IMG/VR virus record: IMGVR_UViG_3300022594_000001
Source of the DNA: a virus
Taxonomy: Duplodnaviria > Caudoviricetes
Reading direction: 5' to 3' (one strand)
Length of the DNA stretch: 64,000 nucleotides
Positions 36,822-47,600 of the stretch are shown here, in pieces. The position numbers were made by a program, and so were the translations under genes. The first letter of the stretch is position 1, and the number at the start of each line of letters is the position of its first letter. The notes beneath the pieces were generated by a model, which saw only the letters and a list, made by a program, of their open reading frames with translations, searched no databases and was not told the DNA's origin.

Positions 36822-37982
36822 ATGTCTGAACTACTAAATGGCCGTTGGGCAGAGACTAAAGAAGCTCTTTTAGAAGGCCTACAAGGCACTAAAAAATCTG
36901 TAATGGGAGTTACACTAGAGAACACACGTAAGTACCTAGTTGAAAGCCCAACTGCAGGTGCTACTTCTGCCGGCAACGTTGCCACATTAAACCGCGTGAT
37001 TCTACCGGTTATTCGTCGTGTTATGCCAACCGTTATTGCTAACGAATTAGTTGGTGTACAACCAATGACTGGCCCAGTTGGCCAGATTCATACTCTACGT
37101 GTTCGTTATGCAGATAACGGTACTGGCGTAGTAGCTGGTGAAGAAGCACTATCACCATTCAAGATTGCTGAAGCTTACTCAGGCAATGACAGTTCAACTG
37201 CTAAAGCAGCTTCTACAGCTACTTTAGAAGGACAAGCTGGTAAGCGTATGTCAATTCAAATCTTGAAGCAAACTGTTGAAGCAAAGACTCGTAAGTTATC
37301 AGCTCGCTGGACTTTCGAAGCAGCGCAAGATGCACAAGCTCAACAAGGTATTGACATTGAAGCAGAAGTTATGGCTGCTTTAGCACAAGAAATCACTGCT
37401 GAAATCGACCAAGAGATCCTAGCTAGCCTAGCATCTTTAGCTGGTTCAGCTACTGAAAACTTCGACCAATCTGCTGTATCTGGTACAGCTACATTCGTTG
37501 GTGATGAACACGCTGCTTTAGCTGTTCAAATCAACCGTGTTGCTAACTTGATTGCTCAGCGTACACGTCGTGGTGCTGGTAACTGGGCTGTTGTAAGTCC
37601 ATTTGCTTTAACTATCCTACAATCTGCTACTACTAGCGCATTTGCTCGTACAACAGAAGGTACATTTGAAGCACCTACAAACACTAAGTTTGTTGGTACA
37701 TTGAACAACGCTATGAAAGTTTATGTTAACACATATGCAACTGACTCTACAGACGTATTGATCGGTTACAAAGGTGCTAGCGAATCTGACGCAGCAGCAT
37801 TCTATTGCCCATACATTCCATTGATGAGCAGTGGTGTTGTTCTTGACCCATCAACATTCGAACCAGTCGTATCATTCATGACACGTTATGGTTATGTTGA
37901 GTTGTCAAACACAGCTTCATCTCTAGGTAACGCAGCTGACTACCTAGGTCGTGTAAGCATTTCAAACGTTTCTTTCAAGTAA
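36822..37982 (+). CDS. gp23: Major capsid protein, T4 gp23-like
   Basis: VQPMTGPVGQIHTLR, AKTRKLSARWTFEAAQD, EITAEIDQEI, FYCPYIPL, FMTRYG; strong codon bias. Confidence 0.97.
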   Translation: MSELLNGRWAETKEALLEGLQGTKKSVMGVTLENTRKYLVESPTAGATSAGNVATLNRVILPVIRRVMPTVIANELVGVQPMTGPVGQIHTLRVRYADNGTGVVAGEEALSPFKIAEAYSGNDSSTAKAASTATLEGQAGKRMSIQILKQTVEAKTRKLSARWTFEAAQDAQAQQGIDIEAEVMAALAQEITAEIDQEILASLASLAGSATENFDQSAVSGTATFVGDEHAALAVQINRVANLIAQRTRRGAGNWAVVSPFALTILQSATTSAFARTTEGTFEAPTNTKFVGTLNNAMKVYVNTYATDSTDVLIGYKGASESDAAAFYCPYIPLMSSGVVLDPSTFEPVVSFMTRYGYVELSNTASSLGNAADYLGRVSISNVSFK

Positions 37983-38007
37983 TCCGTTACTTAAAAGTAA
38001 AACACTT

Positions 38008-38034
38008 AAAGGGCTCTTCGGAGCCCTTTCTCTT
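38008..38034 (+). terminator. Intrinsic terminator with cUUCGg tetraloop after gp23
   Basis: AAAGGGCTC-TTCG-GAGCCCTTTCTCTT. Confidence 0.88.
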
Positions 38035-38039
38035 GATTG

Positions 38040-38047
38040 CATAAATA
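38040..38047 (+). promoter_or_regulatory. Late promoter (CATAAATA)
   Basis: Immediately after the gp23 terminator; begins an ~87-nt structured leader. Confidence 0.7.
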
Positions 38048-38134
38048 CATAGTACGACTTACATAGGGTAAGTTTTATGCGGAAATCCAACCGCGTATAG
38101 CCTAGAACGCTATTTTTCTTAAGGAGAAAACAAA

Positions 38135-39145
38135 ATGGGACGTCCTTTAAATAAAAAGTACTTTGGTAACCGTAACTATGGTACCAATGGCGAACAAATC
38201 AACAACGGTTTATCTAACAGCCAAAACTACGGTGATGACCACATCGGCGGCGAAGGTTTAGAAAGCATTAGCAATCCGGTTGGTGGAGTTGGCAGCTTTG
38301 TTGTTAATAACACATACAAAAACTTTCCGCAATTAATTATCGGTGCTCCGACTATTCCAGGCGGTGTGCAAGCTGCTGCTGACGTAGTATTTGAAATTAA
38401 CACAGTTACATACTCAAGCGGTGGTGCAACTGGTTATGTAGCTGGTTTGTCAACAGCTATCACTGGTTTAGGTGGTGGTGCAGTTGTTAATATTACAACT
38501 AACGGTGGCGGCGCAGTTAATGCAGTTAACTTGACTGGTGGTAACCGCGGTGAATTCCGTCGCGGTGACGCATTTGACGGTACTGGTATTACAACATTCC
38601 AAGTTTTACAAGCACCTAACGCTGGTACAGATTTACAAATTAACATTACATTCCGTGTTAAGAGCATTACTATTACCCAGAAAGGTTCTGGCTACGTTGC
38701 AGCTCCTAGCTTGTCATGGAACGGTCACACATTTACTGGACAGACAAGTCCAAGTTTAAATGCTGTAACAATGACTACTGATTCAGGTGCAGTCGGTTCA
38801 GCAACTAATCAAGAAAATGCTATCTTAATGACAGCACGTTTAACTGGCGGTTCAGCAGGGTTAGTTGACATTATTCGTCAAGTAAGCACAAACCGTTATA
38901 AAGTAACAGACGGTACACGTACTGGTATTGTTAAACTAAAATCTTCAGTTGCTACAGCAGCCGGTGAAGGCAGTATCCGTTTAGTTGATACTGACGGTAA
39001 TACATATTTTGCTACTAAGATTACATCTCGTAAAGTTGTAATTACTCGTGGCACTGGTAGTCAAGCAGCTTTTCCAACTGGCGCTTCAGTTAAGTGGAAT
39101 ATGACTGCTGCAACAGCAGATTCATTAAAAATCGATAACGCTTAA
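38135..39145 (+). CDS. Virion structural protein (beta-rich; possible head decoration or whisker)
   Basis: 336 aa, G/T/A/N-rich, strong RBS AAGGAG, own late promoter, directly after the major capsid gene. Confidence 0.6.
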   Translation: MGRPLNKKYFGNRNYGTNGEQINNGLSNSQNYGDDHIGGEGLESISNPVGGVGSFVVNNTYKNFPQLIIGAPTIPGGVQAAADVVFEINTVTYSSGGATGYVAGLSTAITGLGGGAVVNITTNGGGAVNAVNLTGGNRGEFRRGDAFDGTGITTFQVLQAPNAGTDLQINITFRVKSITITQKGSGYVAAPSLSWNGHTFTGQTSPSLNAVTMTTDSGAVGSATNQENAILMTARLTGGSAGLVDIIRQVSTNRYKVTDGTRTGIVKLKSSVATAAGEGSIRLVDTDGNTYFATKITSRKVVITRGTGSQAAFPTGASVKWNMTAATADSLKIDNA

Positions 39146-39154
39146 TAAGTGATT

Positions 39155-39176
39155 AGGGGACTTCGGTCCCCTTATT
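39155..39176 (+). terminator. cUUCGg hairpin; terminator or stability element
   Basis: AGGGGAC-TTCG-GTCCCCT then TATT; the weak U-tract suggests read-through. Confidence 0.65.
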
Positions 39177-39187
39177 AAGGATATAGA

Positions 39188-40183
39188 ATGTCTAAGATAT
39201 TAAAAGTAAGTCAGAGTAATTATAAAGTCCAGGTTCAGTCTGGAGGTAATATCACCTTAGATACTGGTTCAGCTGTAGGAACTGTAGTTATTACTGGCAA
39301 TCTTGATGTTAAAGGCACAACTACAACAGTTGAATCAACAAACACAACTGTTAAAGATAATATTATTCAAATTAATTACGGGCAGACTGGTAACGGTATC
39401 AGTTCTACCCTTAATTATCAATCAGGTATTCAAATTGGTCGTGGCAATTATTCAGATGCTAAACTTGTTTTTGACGAAACAGTTCAACACTATGACCAAA
39501 ATTCAGCATCTAATTTACCTGGAACATTTAGTTTCCAGTTTGCAGACGGAAGTTTAGCAGGTATTCAAACTTCTGGTATTGCAGCAGGGTTATCAAGTAA
39601 TTTAAACTTGGACCTACAGAATTCAAGTAACGTTGTTAAAATTGTTAACGCAGATGCATCGAGCTACTCGGCTCGTGTAACGGCAGGCGATGGCAACGTT
39701 GTACCAAATAAACAATTTGTTTATGATTACATTCAAGCAGGTGTTATTGTTTCAGGACAAGCAGACGTTGATAGAATTTATCACGGACATGGAACAAGTC
39801 CTAAAATTGTAGACACTGAAGTTATTGCAAACGCAACTAACATTCAATTTTTAGTTAATCCCGGTACTGGATTAGCTCAACGTGCAGTTATTACAGCAAG
39901 TGGACTAGCCGTTGATGATATTACATTATACGGACATACAGTTAGTAGTACCGGAACATATAATTTAACTCTTACTTCTTTATCAACGAACGAAGTAGAA
40001 ATTAATTCAGTATTAGATCTTGTTGATCAGGGCGGTACAGTTAGTGTAACTGGCGGCAAAACAAAATTGTATTCTAAAACATTAGCCGGTCCTGGAAAAA
40101 CAGGATTATTCTTTGTTAACAACAATAACAATGATGAATTGGTAAGTAAAAACAGAGCGGTACTTTTAAGTATCCTACTTTAA
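39188..40183 (+). CDS. Virion structural/fibre-like protein
   Basis: ITGNLDVKGTTTTVESTNTTVKDNII fibre-shaft motif; ends AVLLSILL. Confidence 0.65.
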   Translation: MSKILKVSQSNYKVQVQSGGNITLDTGSAVGTVVITGNLDVKGTTTTVESTNTTVKDNIIQINYGQTGNGISSTLNYQSGIQIGRGNYSDAKLVFDETVQHYDQNSASNLPGTFSFQFADGSLAGIQTSGIAAGLSSNLNLDLQNSSNVVKIVNADASSYSARVTAGDGNVVPNKQFVYDYIQAGVIVSGQADVDRIYHGHGTSPKIVDTEVIANATNIQFLVNPGTGLAQRAVITASGLAVDDITLYGHTVSSTGTYNLTLTSLSTNEVEINSVLDLVDQGGTVSVTGGKTKLYSKTLAGPGKTGLFFVNNNNNDELVSKNRAVLLSILL

Positions 40184-40192
40184 GGAAAGATT

Positions 40193-40540
40193 ATGGCATT
40201 GACAGCAACAGCAATTACAACAACCGCACTAAGTGGCGGAGCAACTAACGGGACTGTAATTTATACTAGCAGCGGAAACAATGCTATTACTAGCATCATT
40301 GCATGTAACAACAGCGGTAGCACAATTAATCTTTCACTATATGCAGTGCCGAGCGGTAAAAATGCATATAACAATCCAGAGTGTACTATTGTAAGCGCAT
40401 TACCTTTGCCGCCTGGTGAAACTGTTAGTTTTGATCAAGAAAAATTAGTATTAAGTAACGGCGATATTTTATGTGGAATAACAAGCTCTGCATATTCCGG
40501 AACAGGTGTAAGCGTGGTGGTAAGCACATTGGCGGTATAA
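40193..40540 (+). CDS. Small beta-sandwich structural protein; paralog of 48913-49242
   Basis: 115 aa; IIACNNS...EKLVLSNGDIL versus LIGCNLA...EKIILAENTTM. Confidence 0.65.
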   Translation: MALTATAITTTALSGGATNGTVIYTSSGNNAITSIIACNNSGSTINLSLYAVPSGKNAYNNPECTIVSALPLPPGETVSFDQEKLVLSNGDILCGITSSAYSGTGVSVVVSTLAV

Positions 40541-40544
40541 TACA

Positions 40545-41285
40545 ATGAGATTTTTAAAACAACAAACAATTAATCGTAGACAGCTTCGTGCTACAACAGT
40601 TTATTCTGATGTAACAGATGCTAACGTTTACATTAATCCTAGAAATAGCGGAAGTGTTGTCTTACCTAGTGGCACTGACGCACAGATTCCAGCAAGTCCT
40701 GTTAACGGAATGATGCGATATAATGTAGACCATGGCGAAGTGCAAGTCTATCAAAGCAACACATGGCGCAGTTTACGTTTTAAAGAGTCAACAACTATTG
40801 TTCAACAAAGTTTAGGTAACTTAGACGGATATAGCTATTATTATGGCCCATTAAATGCAAGTTATAATCCAACAAATGTTGCAAGTGGTACTACATTGGG
40901 CGGACAGAATATCCTAGTGTTGATCGAAAACGTATTTCAAATTTTTAATACAAACTATGTTATCACGCAAAACCCAACCGCAGGTGTAACTACAAATGCT
41001 CAAGCAAATGCTGGTACAAGTACATTAACATTTGCATCAACAGCAAGTATTCCTACCGGATCTGTTGTGTCAGGTAGTGCTTACTTCCAGTCAAATACAA
41101 TTGCAACAGTAACTGATAGCCATACAGTTACATTAAGCAAAACAATTAGCGGCGGCAACATTCTTAGTGGTACTGCTATTACATTTACTTCGCCGGCTGG
41201 CTATTATTTAAACTTCACATCAGATCCTAACTATGCAGGTATGATTGGTAAACCTATCACAGTGTTGCATGGTTTTGACAAGTAA
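40545..41285 (+). CDS. Virion structural protein with a fibre-type GMMRYN...EVY...W motif
   Basis: SVVLPSGTDAQIPASPVNGMMRYNVDHGEVQVYQSNTW is shared with the 1060- and 1425-aa proteins. Confidence 0.65.
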   Translation: MRFLKQQTINRRQLRATTVYSDVTDANVYINPRNSGSVVLPSGTDAQIPASPVNGMMRYNVDHGEVQVYQSNTWRSLRFKESTTIVQQSLGNLDGYSYYYGPLNASYNPTNVASGTTLGGQNILVLIENVFQIFNTNYVITQNPTAGVTTNAQANAGTSTLTFASTASIPTGSVVSGSAYFQSNTIATVTDSHTVTLSKTISGGNILSGTAITFTSPAGYYLNFTSDPNYAGMIGKPITVLHGFDK

Positions 41286-41298
41286 TTAAGGAAACGCC

Positions 41299-44200
41299 AT
41301 GGGCGCAGAATTAGGTAGAATAAGCGGCCCGTTACTAGCAAATAATTTGCTACGTCGTGGCGTAGACTTAACATTTAGAAACTTTGATGCTGATCCTGAC
41401 ATCCTTTACCTGGATGTTACAAACGGACGCATCGGTGTTAACACTAGTACTCCGACTCGTGAACTATCAGTTAACGGTACAACTACTACCAACAACTTAA
41501 TTGTTGATACACAAGGATCGATCGGTAACTTAACGCTCCTAACGTATCGCATTCAAAACGCATTAGGGCAAATTGTTGTTTCTCCTAATCAAAGTTCTAA
41601 CCCAACAGTTGTAATTAACGAATTACATTCTGATAATTTAAAGTTTTCAAACAGTACAGTAACAACATTATCGTCTAACGATAATATTAATCTTGCATCT
41701 AACGGGATTGGTAAAGTTGTTTTTAATACATCTACGGTTAATGTCAACGGCAATCTACATGCAACCGGAGATATTACTTGGGACGGGAATATCACTATCG
41801 GTGATAGTAACACCGACAGCATTACATTTGATGCTGATGTTACTAGCGATATTATTCCCGCTACTGATAATTTTTACGAATTAGGTAGTTTAACTCGAAA
41901 CCTAACTTGGGGGACTGCATACGTAGGAACCCTAGAAGCCAACAGTATAAATTTAAATAGCCTAACAGTTAACAACATAGACATGTTGCTTACACAAGGC
42001 AAGTTATGGTATGTTGGAGTCAACGGTAATGACAGCAACTACGGCAATCACCAACACTCGATGTTTAGGACCATTAGCCATGCATTGAGTGTAGCGCAGT
42101 CTGGCGATAGCGTTTTAGTTTATCCGGGTACATATACTGAAAATTTTCCGTTAACTGTTCCGCAAGGAGTAACAATAACTGGAGAAAGTTTAAGAAGTGT
42201 AAAAATAGTCCCAACAGTTGGTACACAAACACGAGACGGTTTATTACTTAATGGCGAATCAACTGTTGAAAATATTACAGTAGCAAACTTTTACTACGAT
42301 CCAATCGCAGATACCGGATATGGATTTAGATTTGCTAACAATATAACAGTAACAACTCGTAGTCCATATATTCGAAATGTAACAATCATAACTTCTGAGT
42401 CAACACTACCTGCTGGTAGAGGTGCATTAGTCGACGGCAGTGTAGCAAACGCTGCAAGCAAAGAAGCTAGTATGCTATTCCATGCTGTTACAATGATTGT
42501 ACCAAACGCAGAAGCTATTACAGCAACTAACGGATCACGAGTAGAATGGTTAAATTCATTTACTTACTTTGCTAATAGAGGAATGCATCTGACTCAAGGT
42601 ACATTAGGCTTTGCTAGTTTAGGTGTTAAGTTTGGTGCAGAACTACGTAGTATTAACTCTGCAAACGTATATGGTAATTACGGTGCAGTAGCAGATGGTG
42701 CTAGTACCCTTGCGTATCTTGTTGGGCATAACTTTGGTTATATTGGGACTGGGACTAACAGTAATAACGATGCTAATCTTTCAATACAATCACAAGAAGT
42801 AGTTCAAATTAATGGCGGTGTTATCTATTTTGATAGCATGGACCATAAGGGTAATTATCGTGTTGGTGAAATATTTTATGTAGATCAACAAACCGGACAG
42901 GTTAGTTTTAACGCACAGAGTATTAGTTTCAATGCAACTGGAAATATTACTATTGACGGTCCTACTGGACAAATTATTGTTGATGCAACTAAAGTTCAAG
43001 TTAGTAACATTCGAATCCATGATAACAACATAGACAGCTTAACTGGGCCGGTTAACTTTTTAGCACAATCAGGAACTACTACATTAAACACAACGGTTAA
43101 TGTAACAGGTAACACAAATGTTACTGGCAATACACTTGTTAGGGGTAATGTATTCTTAGGTAATAGTCCATTTGATTTAATCACTATTACTCCTAATTTA
43201 ACACAAAATATTTTACCTGGTGCTAATAACACATACAATTTAGGTTCTAAAACACCAACAACGGCTGTTTGGAATACTGGTTACTTAACAACATTTAACA
43301 TTGATGGCATTACTCAAATAACAAGTAATACAATATCAACGTTGTCATCTGGGACAGATTTAAAGTTCCAAGCATCGGGTATTGGAATTATACATGTTAC
43401 AGGAACAGATGTACAAATTAATAATAGTTTAACAGTCGGCAACACTCTAACTGTTAATGGATCGACAAGTTTACAAAATATCAATCCAACTGGAACCATA
43501 ACATTAGTCGGTGATATTGGACAAACTGGCAATACATATATTACTGGATTATTTGACAACAATAATATTAGTATTACAGGGTCAAATTCTTACCTTTCAG
43601 TTCCTAATATTAAATTACAAAATCAAACCATTAGTGCAACCGCTACTGATAACGATATTCGATTTTTTGGTAATGGCTCTGGCGGTGTTACATTTGATAA
43701 CAAGTTAAAAATTGTTGATAATGTTATCAGTAATATTTGGAACAGCCCGACAACTAACGGCCAAAAGAGCATTTATTTTACACCTAACGGAACCGGCAAT
43801 GTTGTTATTAGCTCTACAACCTATTTAAAGGTGCCTTACAGCAACGATTCTACTAAGGTGCTATCTGTACCAGGTGAGATTAGACAAAACAGCACTACAA
43901 CGGCATTTGAAGGGTATTTAAGTACTGGCACCGAAAGTTTTACTAACGTGTACAGTACTGATAAGAAAACATATATCACTCCAGAATTAACAATTGGAAC
44001 AAACGATAATATTTTACGTTTTACTGTAAACAATGTTGTTAAAAGTACAATTGATTCTTCCAGAGTTTTTTCAGCAAATATGCAAGTTGGAAATTTTGTA
44101 TTTTCAAATAATACAATTAACAACCCAGTGCCGAATAGCGATAGTGTTTTTAATGGAGCAGGCACTGGCTCTGTTAATGCTAATGGATTATTTTTTAAAG

Positions 44201-44481
44201 ATAATTCTATTACAAACGCTCAAAACTCTGCTATCACATTAGTGAGTAGTGGTACTGGTTATGTTAAGTTTGGTGGTAGTGGAGCAATCGTATTACCCTT
44301 TGGTCCAACTAGCGATAGAAGACTACTCCCTGAACAAGGTGAAACTAGATACAACTCTACATTAAACTATATGGAAGTTTATTCTGGAACATCTTGGATA
44401 CCTGCTGTTGGTACATTAGGTGCAGCATCACTAACAGACGTCCTTGACATTATGGACGAATTTGCCCTCATATTAGGCTAA
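41299..44481 (+). CDS. Fibre/spike-like protein (1060 aa) with a pectin-lyase-like beta-helix
   Basis: WYVGVNGNDSNYG...GTYTENFPLTVPQGVTITGESLRSV...SPYIRNVT beta-helix signature; N-terminus paralogous to 44629-48906. Confidence 0.7.
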   Translation: MGAELGRISGPLLANNLLRRGVDLTFRNFDADPDILYLDVTNGRIGVNTSTPTRELSVNGTTTTNNLIVDTQGSIGNLTLLTYRIQNALGQIVVSPNQSSNPTVVINELHSDNLKFSNSTVTTLSSNDNINLASNGIGKVVFNTSTVNVNGNLHATGDITWDGNITIGDSNTDSITFDADVTSDIIPATDNFYELGSLTRNLTWGTAYVGTLEANSINLNSLTVNNIDMLLTQGKLWYVGVNGNDSNYGNHQHSMFRTISHALSVAQSGDSVLVYPGTYTENFPLTVPQGVTITGESLRSVKIVPTVGTQTRDGLLLNGESTVENITVANFYYDPIADTGYGFRFANNITVTTRSPYIRNVTIITSESTLPAGRGALVDGSVANAASKEASMLFHAVTMIVPNAEAITATNGSRVEWLNSFTYFANRGMHLTQGTLGFASLGVKFGAELRSINSANVYGNYGAVADGASTLAYLVGHNFGYIGTGTNSNNDANLSIQSQEVVQINGGVIYFDSMDHKGNYRVGEIFYVDQQTGQVSFNAQSISFNATGNITIDGPTGQIIVDATKVQVSNIRIHDNNIDSLTGPVNFLAQSGTTTLNTTVNVTGNTNVTGNTLVRGNVFLGNSPFDLITITPNLTQNILPGANNTYNLGSKTPTTAVWNTGYLTTFNIDGITQITSNTISTLSSGTDLKFQASGIGIIHVTGTDVQINNSLTVGNTLTVNGSTSLQNINPTGTITLVGDIGQTGNTYITGLFDNNNISITGSNSYLSVPNIKLQNQTISATATDNDIRFFGNGSGGVTFDNKLKIVDNVISNIWNSPTTNGQKSIYFTPNGTGNVVISSTTYLKVPYSNDSTKVLSVPGEIRQNSTTTAFEGYLSTGTESFTNVYSTDKKTYITPELTIGTNDNILRFTVNNVVKSTIDSSRVFSANMQVGNFVFSNNTINNPVPNSDSVFNGAGTGSVNANGLFFKDNSITNAQNSAITLVSSGTGYVKFGGSGAIVLPFGPTSDRRLLPEQGETRYNSTLNYMEVYSGTSWIPAVGTLGAASLTDVLDIMDEFALILG

Positions 44482-44493
44482 AAGCCCAAAATA

Positions 44494-44501
44494 GCTAAAT
44501 A
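44494..44501 (+). promoter_or_regulatory. Late promoter variant (GCTAAATA)
   Basis: After the stop of 41299-44481; begins a ~127-nt structured leader. Confidence 0.55.
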
Positions 44502-44628
44502 CTGTTACTGAGGAATTTAGACCTAAATTCCCGATATTAAACTGTGGTAAACCAGCAAAGAGCCGTAAAAACGGATGCGGAGCAATCCAAAATAGGTTAA
44601 CCGTGCAACACGGGGTAAAAGGAGAGCT

Positions 44629-47600
44629 ATGGCTGTTGGTCGAATTACGGGCCCGCTCTTAAAGGCAAACCTTGTACGCCAAGGTGTGGACTTAGCCTTT
44701 GAGACGGACTTACTCTACATTGATGTTATTAATGGCCGTATTGGTATAAAGACCAGTTCACCTTCTACCGACTTACAAATCAATGGTACAACTCGTACTA
44801 CTAATCTAGAAGTTACTACCGAAGCAGACATCGCTAGTTTTACAATTAGTGGTAACACAATTGCTAGCAGCAATTCTGTAATCAACCTAGAACCTAGTGG
44901 TACTAACCCTGTTGTTTACCAAGCAAAATTATTAGTCAATAATAATTTACAGATTACTACAAATCAAATTAGTACAACAACTACTAATTCTGATTTAAAC
45001 ATTACTACAACTGGTAGTGGACAAGTAAACGTTAACAGCAATATGCTTGTTAACGGTGATTTACATGCAACTGGAAATATTACTGCCGATGGTAACATCA
45101 CAATTGGTAATAGTAATACAGATAACGTTACATTTAACGCAGACATTGCAAGTAATATTATTCCAGACACTACGTTATCTTATAACTTAGGTAGTCCAAG
45201 TAAAAACTGGAAGACAGCATACGTACAAACTGTAGAAGCCGATGCTATTAACTCTAACAGTATTTTAGTTAACGGTATTGATTTAGCGTTACCTCCAGGA
45301 AATACCATTTATGTTGCTACTAACGGTAGCGATACTAATGCCGGATTACACGAAAATGATCCTGTATTAACATTAAAACACGCACTAAGTATTGCAACGT
45401 CAGGTGATACAATTTATATCTATCCAGGTGTTTATCTCGAAGCATTCCCGTTAACAATTCCAGTAGGTGTTACTGTTCGCGGAGCAGGTATCCGTGCAGT
45501 TACAATTAAACCAACAACAGGCACACGTTACAACGATGCGTTTATTTTAAACGGCGAAACAACAGTTGAAGATTTAGCAATCACAGATTTTTTCAGTGGC
45601 GGCAATTATTTTACAGTAACTAGCTCGACAACTAATTCTGTAACATTTAATGCTGGTACAGCACCGTTTGCACACACTTGGGTAAGTGGCGGAACTATCA
45701 AATTTGGCGGAAATACATACAATGTAACTGGTGCTACTTACGCTTATACCACAGGTGTTACTACTCTAACATACACTGGTCCAGCAGCATCTGGCAGTGT
45801 GTTTGTATCTAACTTAACATTTAACTGCGGTAGTGGAACAACTAGAGTGTTCCCAGACAACGGGTATGCTTTCCGTTTTGCAACGAATATGGTTGTTACT
45901 ACTCGCAGCCCGTATATTAGAAATATAACAGTTATTACTCGCGGTAGTGTAACTAGCCCAAGTGATCCTTACGGATTTGATGCAGGCGATGCTGGTAAAG
46001 GTGCTTATGCAGACGGTGCTTATGCAGCTTCTTCATCAAAAGAAGCAAGTATGCTATTCCATGCAGTGACATTTATTACTCCTAATGTAAATTGCATTAC
46101 TGCAACAAACGGTGTACGCATTGAGTGGTTAAACTCATTCAGTTATTTTGCTAACAAAGGATTTTACGCATACACTAGCACGTATGGATTTGCCTTACAG
46201 GGCATGACACGTCTGCGTATTGATACACGAGTCGGAACATGGGCTGTAGGAAATACAGTAACTTATTATGATACTAACGGAACTACAGTTCTTGGCACTG
46301 GAACTATTGCCAGCATTTCTGGAAACTATGTTAACCTTACCGGAAGATGCTTAGGGTTCCAAACAATTACCGATCGTGCTGGCAAAATTGTTTACACAAG
46401 CGGTAATGCAAAATTATCAACAACTCAAAAGAAATTTGGCCCAACTAGTTTAGCATTAAACGGAACTACTGATTATCTAACTGTTGCAAGCACTCCCGAT
46501 TTTGAATTTGGAACAGGCGCATTTACTTTAGAGGCATGGATTTATAATACTGCGCAAGGAAGCGCAAATCAAATTATCTTTGATTTTAGAACTACAAATC
46601 CAGAAGTTACCCCAACATTATATATTAACGCAACTACCAACACATTACGATTGGCTGTTAATGGTAACTCGGTTATTGAAAGTGCATCTACAATTCCTCT
46701 TAATACTTGGACACACATTGCTCTTGCTAAATCTGGCACTAGCACTAAGATGTTCATCAACGGAACTCAAGCAGGTTCAACATATACAGATAACAATACC
46801 TACTTACAAGGCCCATTAACACTTGGCGCACGTTTTGATGCAACTAGTTTATTCTTTGGTTATATCGATGATGTAAGAATTAGCAAAGGTGTTGCAAAAT
46901 ATACAAGTAATTTTACAGCACCGACTAGTCAATTAAGCGGTGATTTAAATACTGTTCTGTTGTTAAACATGAACGGTAATAATGCGTCTACAACTATTTT
47001 AGATAATGGAATTACATTCCAAGACTTGCGTACAAGTGCAGGCGGAACAGCACAGTTAATTAATTTTGCAGACTATTCAGACTTTGGTGCTGAAATTCGT
47101 GCAATTGGATCAGCATGTATCTATGGTAATTACGGTATTGTTGGCGATGGCGTAGGTGTTATTGGATATTTTATTAGCCAGAACGTTGCATATGTTGGCT
47201 CTGGAAAATTATCAACTAATGATCCTAACGATCGTATCGATGCTAACGAATTTGTAGAATTAAACGGCGCCCACATCTATCACACTAGTGTAGATAACGA
47301 AGGTAACTTTAGCGTTGGTGCTAATTTTAATGTTAATCAAAAAACTGGTGAAGTTGTATTCAACAATCAAAGTTTAAGTATTACTAGCTTAACTGGTGTA
47401 ACATTTACCGATGGTACACATACAACTACTATTACTTCGACAGATATTACAACTGGTAATATTAGAATTCATGATAATAATGTTGATAGTTTAACTGGCG
47501 ACATTAATGTTACATCTGCAAGCGGTGCAATTAATTTACAAAATAATACCTACATTACAGGCACATTAAATGTTACCGGTGATGTAAACATCGGCGGCAA

